Source: Ranitomeya imitator (taxonomy: Eukaryota). From it: DNA of 64,000 bases. Position numbers and translations under genes: made by a program. Position 1 is the first letter of the stretch; every line of letters begins with the position of its first letter. This document shows, one piece after another, positions 1 to 12,199 of this stretch. Under the pieces are notes generated by a model, which saw nothing but the letters and a program-made list of their open reading frames with translations, searched no databases and was not told the origin of the DNA. The DNA lies in the NCBI RefSeq assembly GCF_032444005.1, contig NC_091288.1, positions 217,062,001 to 217,126,000 of the forward strand. Reading direction: 5' to 3'.

Positions 1-3000
1 AGGGTGGCACTTCTCCCTCGCATCAGTTGGTTTCCTGTCCTTGACGGGGAAACCTCATGCAGGAAAACTTGTTGAGAAGACCCAAAGACAAGGCATTCCC
101 AGACCTGGCCGGCCAGTTCAGGGAGGAATCCCTTCTCTGCCTTGGCTGGTCCAAGGTTCCTGGAAGCACCATGGTTGGTACTAGGGGACTTTCAGATGAG
201 ACCAACGTAGGAGCACATGGGTCAGTATCAAAGAATGCTGGTACCACTGGTCAGGTGCTTCCCAGCTCACCTGTCCCCTTGGAGTTCTGCAAGAAAGAGG
301 GCAGATCAGTCAGCGCCGCTCCAGCAAGGTGGATGAATCTGCAGCCTCCATAGATGATCTCCCGGCTGAGACTTATCCTTCCTTTCAAACCATTAACTTT
401 TGCTTGCATTGGGTGGTAAGTTATCTTCGGGAAAGTTCACTTGGTAATGTGGTTCACCTTTTTTCTTGTCGTTTATTGGGGGAAAGAAGTGTGTGGCTAA
501 AGCAAGCAAGGAATGTGCACTTTGTAAAACCTTATTGCCCGATTCCTATCAGAAGAGGCTTTATTAATCTTGAATAGAGCAGACGGTGGCAGAGAAGACC
601 CCTAACTTCACGATTGACTTAAGATCCATCAATAGAGCAGAGGTTAGTTAAGGAATCCCTTAAATCCCTCTCTGAAGGGGAAAAAAGGATAAAGTGGTTA
701 GGAAGGTTTCCCTGGTGTCTGGTAATTCCTCTAAATCGGATTACGAGGACCACTCTGCCAATTGCTCCTCACTGACCTCCTCTTCAGATGATGGCTCAGG
801 ATGTCATTGTTTTCCGCTCGAAGAAGTGGATAGGCTGGTGTAAACAGTCAGATCCATAATGAACATTGTGGACACTAAGCCAGAAAGATCAGTGCAGAAC
901 ATCATGTTTCGGGGCCTAGAGCAGAAAAGGCATAAATCCTTTCAGTTAAATGAAAGGATCTAGGCTTCTGTACAGAGTGAGTGGAGAAAGCTGGAGAAGA
1001 GAGGTTCTCTTCCCCCATCCTTCAAAAGCAAATATCCCTTTGACGAACCTTCATCAATGTTGGACAAAGTCCCTAAACTGGATGTGGCAAAACAAATGTA
1101 TCCAAGAAAGCTTCTCTGTCTTGTGGTGATATGTGGGCATTGAGGAATCCCCTCAGTAGGAAAGCGGACACCTTTGTTAGGGTTACATGGGAGGCATCAG
1201 CAGGGGCACTGACCCGGCGGTAGCAGCAACGTGTACGGCTAGGTCCTTATTCTGGCTGGACCATCTGAGATCCCAGTTGCAGGACAGAGTGTCTAGGGAC
1301 AACATCTTGGCCACTATTTTGATTATGCAGGGAGCAGCGGCTTTTCTATCGGATGCTTCTGCGGACTCTGTAAGGCTGGCGGCAAGGATGGTTCCTTCAG
1401 GACTATAATAAATCTGAAGACTTTGAACACATTCCTGAGAGTTCAGTCTTTTAAGATGGAATCCATTAAGGCAGCAATAAATATGCTTGTTCCTGGTTGT
1501 TTCAAGGCAGTCCTGCATTTGAAAGATGGGTAATATCATGTGCCCGTACATATGGAACATCAAAAATGCCTCAGGGTTGCAATAATCATTGACGGTGTAG
1601 TTGGGCACTTTCACTTCAGGGCCCTCCTATTTGGGCTGACTATAGCTCCTTGGGTCTTGACGAAGGTCTTTGCTCCTCTCCAGGAAGCTGTGTTGATCAT
1701 TTCATATTTGGATAATTTCCTGGTGGTTGGCAAATCAATCCACCATTGTAAAAGTCAACTAGAGAAGGTGATGGCTTCCCTAAAGGGCCTTGGCTGGCTA
1801 CTGAATCTAAAGTAGTCCAGATTAGAATCCCCCCAAATATTGAGTTTCTGGGGCTCTTATTGAACTCAGCAGTGCAGGAATGTCCCCTCCCAAGTGGTTA
1901 AAAAAGAAAAAATGTGATAGCCATTTAAGTCCTCTTCATGTCAGTCAGGAGTACAATGTCCCTGCTTGTTCTTTGGGCCCTGTTCCATTCCCGGGTTTGC
2001 AATGGAACATTTTAAAGAATGAGGTATCCTTTATGGGGCACCTGGATGGGAGGATGACTATTCCTACAGATGGTACAATCCTTCCACTGGTGTCTAGACA
2101 GATGAAACCTGTCCAGGGGGGATCCCTGGATTACTAAAGCTACGCAAATTGTCACCTCAGACGCAAGTCTCAGGAGATGGAGGGGGGCTCATCTAAAGAG
2201 GGATGTAGTCCAGGGGGTCTGAACTAGGAGTGAGACAACACTGTCATCGAAGTCAAAGGAACTAATAGTGGTAGAGCAGGATGTAAGTAAAATTCCTTGT
2301 ATCCCTACAGGGGCAGCATGGCAGGATACTCTCGACAATCAAGTATCGGCGTCTTACATAAATCGCAATCTTTGACCAGATAGTTCCGTTGTGGGGTCTC
2401 CTGGTCATAGACTTTTGCCGACAGACTAAACTGAAAGGTGAAGGAGTTTTGTTTCTTGGACCCCAGGGAAGATCCCCTAGTGGTAGATGCTTTCCTGGCT
2501 CCGTGGGATTTCAGCCTGGCATACGCCTTTTTCTCCAGGAGCCCTGATCCCGCTAATTATAAGAAAAATCAGGGAGGACAGGCCAAGGATTGTGTTGATG
2601 GCCCCTTTTTGACCCAGAAGACCATGGCTCTCATGAATAAAGATAATGTCTATGCCTGATCCATGGGTTCTTCCAGAGATTCTGAATTTCCTTTCTCAAG
2701 GGCCAGTGTACCATCCACAAAAAGCCAGCCTCAACTTGACGGCATGGAATTTGAAAGGGTGCTGTTAAAGGAAAGAGGTTTTTTCCCCCTAATCTCATCT
2801 CCTCCTTACTTCAAAGTAGGAAGTCAAGTCACGACCAAAATATATGCTAGAACCTGGATGAAGTTTTTATCCTCTACAGTGTCTAGGGTCGAGTATGGGA
2901 GCGCCTGGGGGGAGTATTTTGGAATTTTTACAAAAGGGTCTTGATTTAGGTTTATCTACCAGAACCCTGAAAGTCCAGGTGGGGGCTCTGTACAGCTGTG

Positions 3001-4102
3001 ATTTGGCTAGTAATTATTGGGTGTCACAATTTATTAAAGCATCATTGAGATCTAGGCCCATTTCTAAAGTAAAATTAGTCCCATGAGATTTAAATCTGAC
3101 AGCCTTAATGGATGTACCATTTGAGCCCTTAGAATCGGCACCCCTTTTGATTCTTTCACTTAAAATAGCCCTGTTGGTAGCTTTAACATCTGTCATAGTC
3201 AGATATACAGGCTCTTTCTATAGCACGACCATTTAAATCAGAGTAATCTTTAAGCCAGACCCAACCTACCTTCCCAAAGGAGCATCCTGGTTCCATAGAC
3301 TACAAAAGGTTGTTTTCCCTTCCTTTTGTTCTAATCCGAAGAACCAGAAGGAGGAAAGACTTCATACCTTGGATGTTAGAAGATGCGTAGTCCGTAGTCC
3401 GATACTTGTCCGTTACAAAAAGCTGGAGAAAGGATGGTCATTGTTCATGTCCTTCCAGGGTTCCAGGAAAGGGCTTAAAGCCTCAAACGCCAAAATTGCA
3501 AGATGGATTAGGGAGTCAACTTCTTTAGCCTACTCGACAAGTGGCAAGGCAGGCCCAGAAGGTTTAAAGGCTCACTTCACACGAGCTGTAGCAACCTACT
3601 GGGTGGAGAGATCAAACGTCTTTATAGAAGAGATTTGTAAGGCAGCAACCTGGTCCTTTACTAACACTTTCTATAGGCATTATAGATTGGATATGGGTGC
3701 ACCTTCCTATCTCACCTTTTGGGAGAAGGGTGCTCCAGGCTGTGGTCCTTCTCTGAATTCTTATCTTCTCTCTAGTTCTCTCCCGGTGCTCTCGTGGGGT
3801 AATCAATTTAAAGTCTTAGTTACTTACCAGTAACAGGATTTTTCAGAACCCATGACAGCACACTTGTATTCTCTCCCATAACGTGTGGGTGAGCACTTCT
3901 TTCGCTAGGGTGGTGATTCCGCACCTTACATTTGTGGTCTTGGTGTTTTTTTTTTTTTTTTTTTATTGTAACCCAACTGATGCGAGGGAGAGATGCCATC
4001 CTTTTCAGCCTATAGGTTTCCTGTCCTTGATGGGCGGATCCCCTCTTGTGGTGCTGTCATGGGTTTCGAAAAATCCTGTCACCGGTAAGTAACTAAGACT
4101 TT
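1..4102 (+). mobile_element. Degenerate DIRS1-like tyrosine-recombinase retrotransposon; 5' end cut by the window edge
   Basis: Broken RT (HFRALLFGLTIAPWVLTKV...SYLDNFLV, 1540-1815). Dam-like methyltransferase remnant (VDAFLAPWDFSLAYAF, about 2438-2659). Tyrosine recombinase (HFTRAVATYW...AATWSFTNTFYRHYRLD, 3369-3833). Terminal inverted segments 1-30 vs 3973-4002 and 3810-3863 vs 4050-4102. Confidence 0.9.
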
Positions 4103-5152
4103 TCAATGAATGAGCGGTCTGAAGTGATGCGCTTTGATGCAATGAGAGAATGGACTACGCAGAAACATCAGATCAGTCTGTACTCCTGACTGATGTGACA
4201 CCGCAAAAAGGTGAGAGTATAGAGATGTACTCTGGATGGTTCTAGTTGAGGTGTGAAGATGTGGGATACAGTCTCAGGAACTCCGTTGATAATAAAATAC
4301 TGATGAATACAATCCTTGACTGTATGAATAAGGTTTTGGGAGAGGTAGTACAGACAGCCCGATCTAAATGGAGAAACATGGATCCAAAAGACCTTTTGCA
4401 AGTAGCTAAGTGAGTTGATCAAACCACGTCAAAACGACCGGTCATGTATGCTAGAGAACAAGGAAAACCGTACAAAGAGAGGGCAAATATTACACCAAAT
4501 ATAAAACGTTAATAAAAATATTAAACGGCATATAAGACTGAGACTAGTTAATTCTAAAAAATATAGAGGAAAGATTAACCCTTCCATATCAGCTGCGAGA
4601 GGTACCAGAAATAAGGTTTATTTGGTCTAATATTTTCTTAATAATTATATTCTGTTTTGAGAAACGGTTATTAGTTAATTGAGAAGACTACATATCAACA
4701 CAGTCTCATAACATGTTTGTGAGAAGAGGGGAGCTGGTGAAAATTTTAGATGGCTGCTACATTTGTCGGTAAATTGGTATAAAAGTCTTGCGCATATGGT
4801 AATAAATAGAATTGTTTATGCTCCCGACAGTGTGCGTTTGCATTTTTTCTTCTCTGAGCGCTTGTAACAGAAAAGGCTGAAATTCACACTTTTGCCTCAC
4901 TGGCGATCCTGCTATCTGACTCTAGTTTTGTGGTTTCTCTGCTTTCTTTTGCTTCTTTGTTCTCGTGGAGGATTCTCTATACTACAAGCAGGTGAAATAA
5001 GTACAACTGCTACAACTCTCATCCAACCTTAGACCCTGTTAATGATTTTCTTTCTCATTATCTGAGTTTCAGGGGGTTATTAGTTTATTCTCAAAAACAG
5101 CTCAGTCTATCTAATACGTTTTTTCAATTTCAGTTCCTGCTTTCCCACCACA

Positions 5153-6898
5153 ATGGCGTCTGCTGAGCTGAGGGACGAGCTGGACTGCTCCATCTGCCTG
5201 AGCCTCTATACAGATCCCGTATCCCTGAGATGTGGACACAACTTCTGCCGCTCGTGTATTGTGAGTGCGCTGGATGCACAGGAGGCGGCTGGAGGGTATT
5301 CCTGTCCTGACTGCAGAGCAGAATATCCGGAGCGTCCGGCCCTGGAGAAGAACCGGAAGCTGGAGAACATAGTGGAGCGTTTCTCCTCTACTCAGCCTGT
5401 TTCGGAGGAGACCACAATCTTCTGTACTTATTGTACAAAGTCTCCTGTACCGGCTGTGAAATCCTGTCTACATTGTGAGACCTCGCTATGTGATGACCAC
5501 CTGACAGCCCACAACAAGACATTAGATCATATATTAATAGATCCCACAGATTCTTTTGGTTACAAAAAATGTTCCCTCCACAAGAAGGTTCTGGAGTATT
5601 ACTGCCCGCAGGACGCAGCTTGCCTGTGTGTGTCTTGCTGTTTGGTTGGTGACCACCGAGGACACCAGGTGGAACTTCTAGATGAAGCTTCTGAGAAAAA
5701 GAAAATGGAATTGAGGAAATATCTGGATGAACTAAATCCACAAAAAGCAGATATTCAGACAAGAATCAAGAATCTGCAGGACCGTAAGAGGAAGGTCCAG
5801 GAGAAAGCCTCCGATAAGAGGAAGAACATCAGTAAGATATTTATGGACATTAAGAAGCAACTGGAAATGGCAGAAAATAAAGCACTGAGCGAGGTCTCCA
5901 GGCAGGAGGAGAAGATTGTGTCCCAAATATCTCAATTGATCAAGAAACTGGAACTAAAAGTGGACGAGCTGTACAAGAAGATGAGTCACGTGGAGGAGAT
6001 GTGTCGTGTCACCGAACCAATAAGACTTCTACAAGAAAGTGACATTACAGTGTGTAGTCATGGAGGTGATGAAGACACAGGAGGAGATGGTGAAGAGGCC
6101 AGTTCTGACGAGGATATGGATGTGGGACAAGACTCAGGACATGCTGATGTTCATGTATCTGGCATCAAAGAGCAGGAAAACATGACTGACCCAATTATTG
6201 TCCTACAGAAATCAGATCAAGAAGACTCTTGTTGTGGTCAAAGTATGGTTGTACATGAAGAAGCTTCAGATGAGGACCTAGATGAGATGACTGATCTAGA
6301 TGAGGTTCTGATTTTACTGACCTTACACCGATCTATGAGGGATATTGTCACCAATGTAACATTAGAGCTCGGGGTCCATGTCCCAGACATATTGCTGGAT
6401 GTGGACACTGCTCATAGAAGGGTGAAGATATCAGAAGATCTGAAAACTGCAACACAATCAAAACACAAACCGGAGAGGCCAGAATCGCCAGATAGATTTG
6501 AGTCTTGCTCCCAGGTGTTAAGCAGATGTGTCCTCTCCTCAGGACGACATTACTGGGAGGTAGAATGGAACCAGATAGGAGAATGTAGCATTGGATTGTC
6601 CTATCCGAGTATAGAAAGGGAAGGAGAGCATTCTTGGATTGGACTTAATAATAAATCTTGGTGTTTGGATATGTATGCTACACTATGTCAAGTATTGCAC
6701 AACTCAGTCGAATTAACTCTCGTAAAGCCAACATGTCCGACACTTGGGGTCTTCTTAGACTATGAGGCCGGGCGTCTGTCCTTCTATGAGCTGTGTGACC
6801 CCATCAGACACTTACACACCTTCACCGCCTCCTTCACTGAGCCCCTACATGTTGTCTTGTATGTGTATAAAGGAGCCTCTGTTACAATAAGAAGCTGA
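5153..6898 (+). CDS. Intronless class IV TRIM E3 ligase (RING, two B-boxes, coiled coil, acidic insert, PRY/SPRY), 581 aa, TRIM25/TRIM39-like
   Basis: RING CSICLSLY..CGHNFC..C..CPDC; B-box1 CTYC..CLHCETSLCDDH; B-box2 CSLH..YYCPQD..C..C..H..H; PRY/SPRY LDVDTAH, GRHYWEVEW, LGVFLDYEAGRLSFY. Open ATG-to-TGA frame. Confidence 0.95.
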   Translation: MASAELRDELDCSICLSLYTDPVSLRCGHNFCRSCIVSALDAQEAAGGYSCPDCRAEYPERPALEKNRKLENIVERFSSTQPVSEETTIFCTYCTKSPVPAVKSCLHCETSLCDDHLTAHNKTLDHILIDPTDSFGYKKCSLHKKVLEYYCPQDAACLCVSCCLVGDHRGHQVELLDEASEKKKMELRKYLDELNPQKADIQTRIKNLQDRKRKVQEKASDKRKNISKIFMDIKKQLEMAENKALSEVSRQEEKIVSQISQLIKKLELKVDELYKKMSHVEEMCRVTEPIRLLQESDITVCSHGGDEDTGGDGEEASSDEDMDVGQDSGHADVHVSGIKEQENMTDPIIVLQKSDQEDSCCGQSMVVHEEASDEDLDEMTDLDEVLILLTLHRSMRDIVTNVTLELGVHVPDILLDVDTAHRRVKISEDLKTATQSKHKPERPESPDRFESCSQVLSRCVLSSGRHYWEVEWNQIGECSIGLSYPSIEREGEHSWIGLNNKSWCLDMYATLCQVLHNSVELTLVKPTCPTLGVFLDYEAGRLSFYELCDPIRHLHTFTASFTEPLHVVLYVYKGASVTIRS

Positions 6899-8604
6899 GG
6901 CCGAGCTTAAATGTTCATGTGTGAATTGTCCCAGTTGTTGGCTTATTAATGGGTTACTTCGATCTCATTAACTTCTGGTATATGGATTGAATATGCCATA
7001 ACTTTTGTGACTGTTGGACCCCCACTAATTCCAAGAATGAAGGAACCAAAGCCTCCCCTTAATGGTTCCTAGTATGAATATTGGCTGTGAGGTTTTTTTT
7101 TTTTTTCTTCTTTTTTTATGCTCCGTATTTTAGTTTACAAAAAGCACAGCACAATACATTAACACTTCCCAACACATTCCATAAGTGTACGTCACCATCG
7201 GGTAGGGGTTCCTGCAAATGAATGATTGGTTACATCATGGCGATCATGCAGGCACAGCTTATCTTTGCTTACGTGATAGCTGAGTTCTGTCTCCCACACG
7301 ATCGGCACCCCTACGATGTGATCACTTGCTGCCGATGATGGTCATCCCAATTGGAGGTCAAATAATGACCTCTGGGTCTGCCAGTTATGGGGGCCTGTTG
7401 GACCTTTCTGGGACCAAGATCTAAAAAGGCGTTCTGGCAATGTCACACTGACGAGTATAATGCATTGCAGTACATGTGCATTAGCGCAATGATCAGAAAA
7501 GTAATCGCACAAGTCCCATAGAGGCACTAAGTACTGTAAATAAAATAAAAAAACACAAATGAACAAATCCTTAAAAAAAAAAAATTTGACCATAAATAAT
7601 AATTTGGTTAAATACAAAACTAAATAAAATGTTCGGAACAACCTAATCTATAAAACTGACACGTTTAACCCCTTAAGTGAGCAATTAAAAAAAAAAAAAA
7701 AAAGTGGCAGAAACTAAGTTTTCATCACTCCGTTGAACAAAACAAAGAATACATTTAATCAAAAAGTCGTATGTAAACAGGAATGGTGCCTCTGATAATG
7801 CAATCTTATCCCACAAAAAAAACAAGTCCTCATTTAGCTCCATCAGCGCAAAACTTAAAATTCTGCAGCTGCTAGAATAAGGCAATGCAAAAACTTTTTT
7901 TTTTTTCTAGAACATTGTATTTATTGTGTAAAAAGTAGCAAAACATCAAATGATATAAATTTGGAATTGTTGTAACCTCACCGACCCAAAGAATAAATAA
8001 AATAAATAAAACCAATTCTTTACCTGCTGTTGATTTGTTCATTCTGCCTCCCAAAGATTGCAGTAAGGCTCTGCTCACATTTATCCTGTGCTCGGCACTG
8101 AGCGCTTACACCGGGTTTCCATGTAAGTCTCTGAAATACGTGATTCAGACAAATCCCCAGGAGAATATTCCCTATAATGAGGCAGATAAAGGTACTGTAG
8201 ATGCTGTCTGACCTATGATCCGGCGGTTTCAGTCATTTTAGGATTGCATAAAAGCACGATCCACCACAGTTTGGTGCATCTCTGAAAAGAAGGAAACTGC
8301 TAAACAGAGGCCAGATTGAGGCTGCAGAGTTACTCTGCACTCTTTATAATGAATGGATTAAGTCAGGGTTTTCATCTGAATCATGTAATTTGGAGATTCA
8401 ATAATTGTTTTTGGGCATTTTTATGACCTTCAATTTATGATAAAATAGCCTGGAAATATAATTCTTCAGGTCAGTGTGATACCAAACTTTCTCTTTCATT
8501 TCTGAAATTGAAGAAAACACCAAAACCTTTTTTCCCATAGATGCAATTTGTTTTAATAGATTTTTTTTTCCAGCTACCAAAAAACATTGAGTTTCTATGT
8601 CCAG

Positions 8605-9000
8605 TTCTTTTCCTCCTTGGCCCAGGTAAGACTCTTCTGGCGTTGTCTATTGGTCATGAGTGGCCGGACACAAGGAATGTGACACTTGTAGCCCATGTCC
8701 TGGAGACGTCTGTGTGTGGTGAAGCAATGACTCCGGCAGCAGTCCACTCCTTGTGAATCTCCCCCACATTACTGAATGGCCTTCTCTTAACAATCCTTTC
8801 CAGGCTGCGGTTATCCCAGTTACTTGTGCACCTTTTCCTACCACACTTTTTTCCTTCCACTCCACTTTCCATTAATATACTTGGATACAGCACTGTGTGA
8901 ACAGCCGGCTTCTTTAGCAATGACCTTTTGTGGCTTCCCTTCCTTGTGGAGTGTGCCAGTGTCGCCTTCTGGACATCTGTCAGGTCAGCAGTATCTTTGT
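8605..9000 (-). mobile_element. Tc1/mariner transposase fragment
   Basis: Minus-strand translation ERIVKRRPFSNVGEIHKEWTAAGVIAS resembles the Tc1 HTH_Tnp_Tc3_2 region; frameshifted. Confidence 0.75.
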
Positions 9001-9029
9001 CCACATGGGGAGTATTTATCATTTTTCTT

Positions 9030-10790
9030 ACTAACTATAACGTCTGCACTTGTTTCCAGGATGCTGAGATGTCGAATTCGGAACGTTCAATGTGTAAACA
9101 TTCGGCCAGTTCCATGGGTTTCGGTGAAATTTGTGGTAAGGAGTGGTGTGAATTGAAATCTAGCCCGCTGGGTAAGAGTTTAGTTTTCCTGAAGTTGTTC
9201 CCCATAGTGGTAGCAATGGAACTGTGGGGAGAGGATTTAAGTAACAAGATCTGCTTCTGGTCTAATAATATGGGTGTGGTTCACAGGACTAATATTTAAC
9301 CATCTTCATCTCTGCCAGTGTTTGCTTTTGCTTGGGCCTCTGGTTCTTCATTGCTTGCAATGGAATATCTGGTTCAGGTCTCGCCATGTACCCGGTATTC
9401 AAAATACTTGTGCTGATGCTCTTTCCGGTTTCCATTGGCAGGAGTTTTGTCTTATGCCAGAACCATCCGAGGTGGTCAGGACCTGTCCCACAGAACGATG
9501 ACGAGCACATGATGGAGCCGATTCGTTCTTCAGTGGCTCCTTCTACATGGAATAGTTATGGTAAGACGTGAAGCGAGTGGTGAAGCATTTCTAATCAACA
9601 GTCTGGTAAGGCAAGACTTTTGAAAGAAATGACGCTCTGTGTTCTTCAGCTCAGGTCCAGTGGTATATCCTATACAGGGGTTAGGAGGAGGTTAGCTGAA
9701 ATAAGTTTTTATTTTTGGTTTTATTGTTTAGTGGACGTCCCGAAAGCCTTAAGCCTTCGACAAGCTTTGAGGGGTTGGAGAAGGGAACATGTTAGTAGAG
9801 TGTTGTCGCCCCATTTCATACGGTCTTCTGGGACGGCTCTTTACAAAAGCTGAGGTAGTATGTGGAGAAGTTTTTGAAGTCGCATTAAGCGGGACTTAAG
9901 TGATGGGTGAGAATCGGGCTATTCGGGTGAGAATGAGGAGTTCTAAAACGGACCATTTCAGTCAAGGGGTTTGGATATCGTTAGTGTTGATGTTTTGGTC
10001 TGCCATTTTCGATGGTCATGTCTTGTCTGTCTGTCATTCGGGAAGAAATTTCATCTTGCATCATGACATGTCACCATTGACATGTTTGGTACGCATTCTT
10101 TTCGTATAGGTGCAGTCACTGAAGCGGCTAGGGCAGATATGTCTAATGGGGAGGTCATGAGAATCGGGAGATGGAAATCTAATTGCTTTGCAGGTTACAT
10201 TTGCCCTGATCTATTAAATTGATGTGGTTGCATATTGCAGGTCAGAGTCGTCCTATCATGTGGTTCTGTAGGCACTCTTGGTTGGCCCAGAGGATTATTT
10301 GCAGAGCCGAAGGGAAGACTCTAGGATTTTGTGACATCAAGGCATTCTGGAAAAGGATTCCGTGATCTTAAATGTTTTTGAAGATATGGAAATGAGCAGA
10401 AATGCCCGCTATCCAATCACCCTGGTAATGCAGGCAGGAGGCCATGATTTATGTTTTTTTTTTTTGAAGATGGCGGAGCTCCTGACTTAAATGCGTGCTT
10501 CAGAGAGATGATTTTAGTATGTTCGGAATTTGGAAATAATTTCATGGGTGACATGGTAAGGGGCCAGGAATGCTGTGGCGGTTGAAAAGTCCCCGAAACA
10601 GTCAACGGTGGCATTTCTTGTTTTGTTCGCTCAAAGGCCACACAGACAATTGGTAAGGGATCACCGTCGGCTAATGGGACGAGATGGACTGCATTTAAAT
10701 GATGTGGCTTTAGACCTCTTCTTATCAGGTTTGCAGGACGGGGTTGGGCTCTTTTTCTTAAGTGGGGTGCAGTGTAGGTATACATGAGGC
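9030..10790 (+). mobile_element. Degenerate Ngaro-like tyrosine-recombinase retrotransposon (RNase H, YR, SGNH-hydrolase ORF); 5' part missing
   Basis: RNase H remnants GFGEICGKEW, LFPIVVAMELWG..FWSNN, HVPGIQNTCADALS. YR start SVAPSTWNSY and C-terminus GTHSFRIGAVTEAARA...IGRWKSNCFAGYI (about 10088-10221). Downstream relic with xHS, QAGGHD and DGLHL (10683-10697). Confidence 0.8.
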
Positions 10791-11518
10791 CCCTTGTAGT
10801 GGTGAATTATCAAAAAAATGGAGCTGAAGACAGACTTTGCCCATCTAGAGTCCCCATTGTTTTAGATATTGGTGTTTAGAGTATAATGGATAAAAATGTT
10901 TTGTGTTCTACTAGGAGAAATAATAAATCAAAGTTTGTGTTTCCGTTCATCATGTTTTGGAGAGCTCTGCTTTGTTTTGGTGAAGAATTATTATTATTTA
11001 TTATTATAGCGCCATTCATTCTATGGTGCTTTACAATTGAGGAGGGGTATACATAATAAAAAGTACAATAATCTTAATTAATACAGGTTGCGACTGGTAC
11101 AGGAGGAGAGAGCAAAAGCGTTAAATTGTAGAACTTTACCAGAAGGTGTCACTGTTGGCTCACCAGGCGCTATAATGTACCGTAATATTGTATAATGCGA
11201 TGAGCTGTAAGATGTATTTTATGCTATACACACCCCAACCCTCCCAACATGGCAAGCAGGGATTATAATGACACCCTTAATGCGATGTGTCATGGGGAAA
11301 AATACTAAAAGAAAAATGACAGACATTACACAGAATGGGAGGAGGACATCTGGGCACCCCATCCTTGTCGCCCACCGCTGGCCGTGTCCTGAGGCTGAGC
11401 CCCATGCCAACTTGGTCTGTGACGTTGTCTAAGAATGGGAAGATAGGAGTTTCTGAAGCGTACATGTATTTGGGGAGCTGATTCGGGGCCTATAAATAAA
11501 ATAAATATATACCGTAAT

Positions 11519-11549
11519 ATTTTAATGTGTGTGTGTGTGTGTGTGTGTG
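11519..11549. repeat. (GT)n microsatellite
   Basis: Run of about 12 GT units. Confidence 0.9.
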
Positions 11550-11739
11550 GGGGTCTTGGGTATATTTTTGAGGTTTGGTAGAGTCGGCATTTGATAGTCT
11601 GTTTTTAGCTTAGGTGAGATGTATTTATGGGACATGGTTTTTGACAATTTTATATATTTGAAATAATCCCTTTATTAGGGGGTGGTCTGATATGAGGCCT
11701 CTATTGGGGGGGGGGGGATCTGGACTAAGGCCTTCATTA

Positions 11740-12027
11740 GGACGGGATCACACTGGTGACTAAAACGGACGAGTGTAATGCGATAAAGAACCACATTGCA
11801 CTTGGACCAATGTTAAACTATGGGGCAGCATCCGAGTGCTGTGCGTTAAATGCTGACCCCGGCAATGGAAGAGATGGAGAAATTAGTTTCTCCGCCTCTG
11901 CGAGAGGCTCGGCGCACAGACACAGGACACTCGTTTCCCGCTCGCAGCAGAGCAGGAGCCGAGGGTCATTAGCATATCGCATCCGATGCTTTCGCATCGC
12001 ATGCAATAAGCTAGTGTGACCCCCGGC
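11740..12027. mobile_element. PIF/Harbinger-type MITE
   Basis: Imperfect TIRs GGACGGGATCACACT and AGTGTGACCCCGGCC, flanked by TTA on both sides (11737-39 and 12028-30). Confidence 0.75.
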
Positions 12028-12199
12028 CTTAGGGGTGAATCTGGCCTTAGACTAGTTTAATGAGATCTGATCTGAGGCCTCTATTGGGAGGGGATTTTGG
12101 TCTAGGCCATGGGATCTGATCTGTTTCTGATTTGTTGTAGGGGGTTTGTGTTTATCGGGTTTGTTTGTTTGGTTGGGCTGGTTTCATTACTAGGCCCGG

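Noticed and set aside
4140-4868. Possible solo LTR (TATAAAA at 4778, AATAAA at 4802, ends GTAACA)
   Set aside because: No convincing 5' TG end or TSD.
7180-8600. AT-rich sequence resembling 52660-54100 (probable non-autonomous DNA-transposon debris)
   Set aside because: Ends and family cannot be defined without a repeat library.
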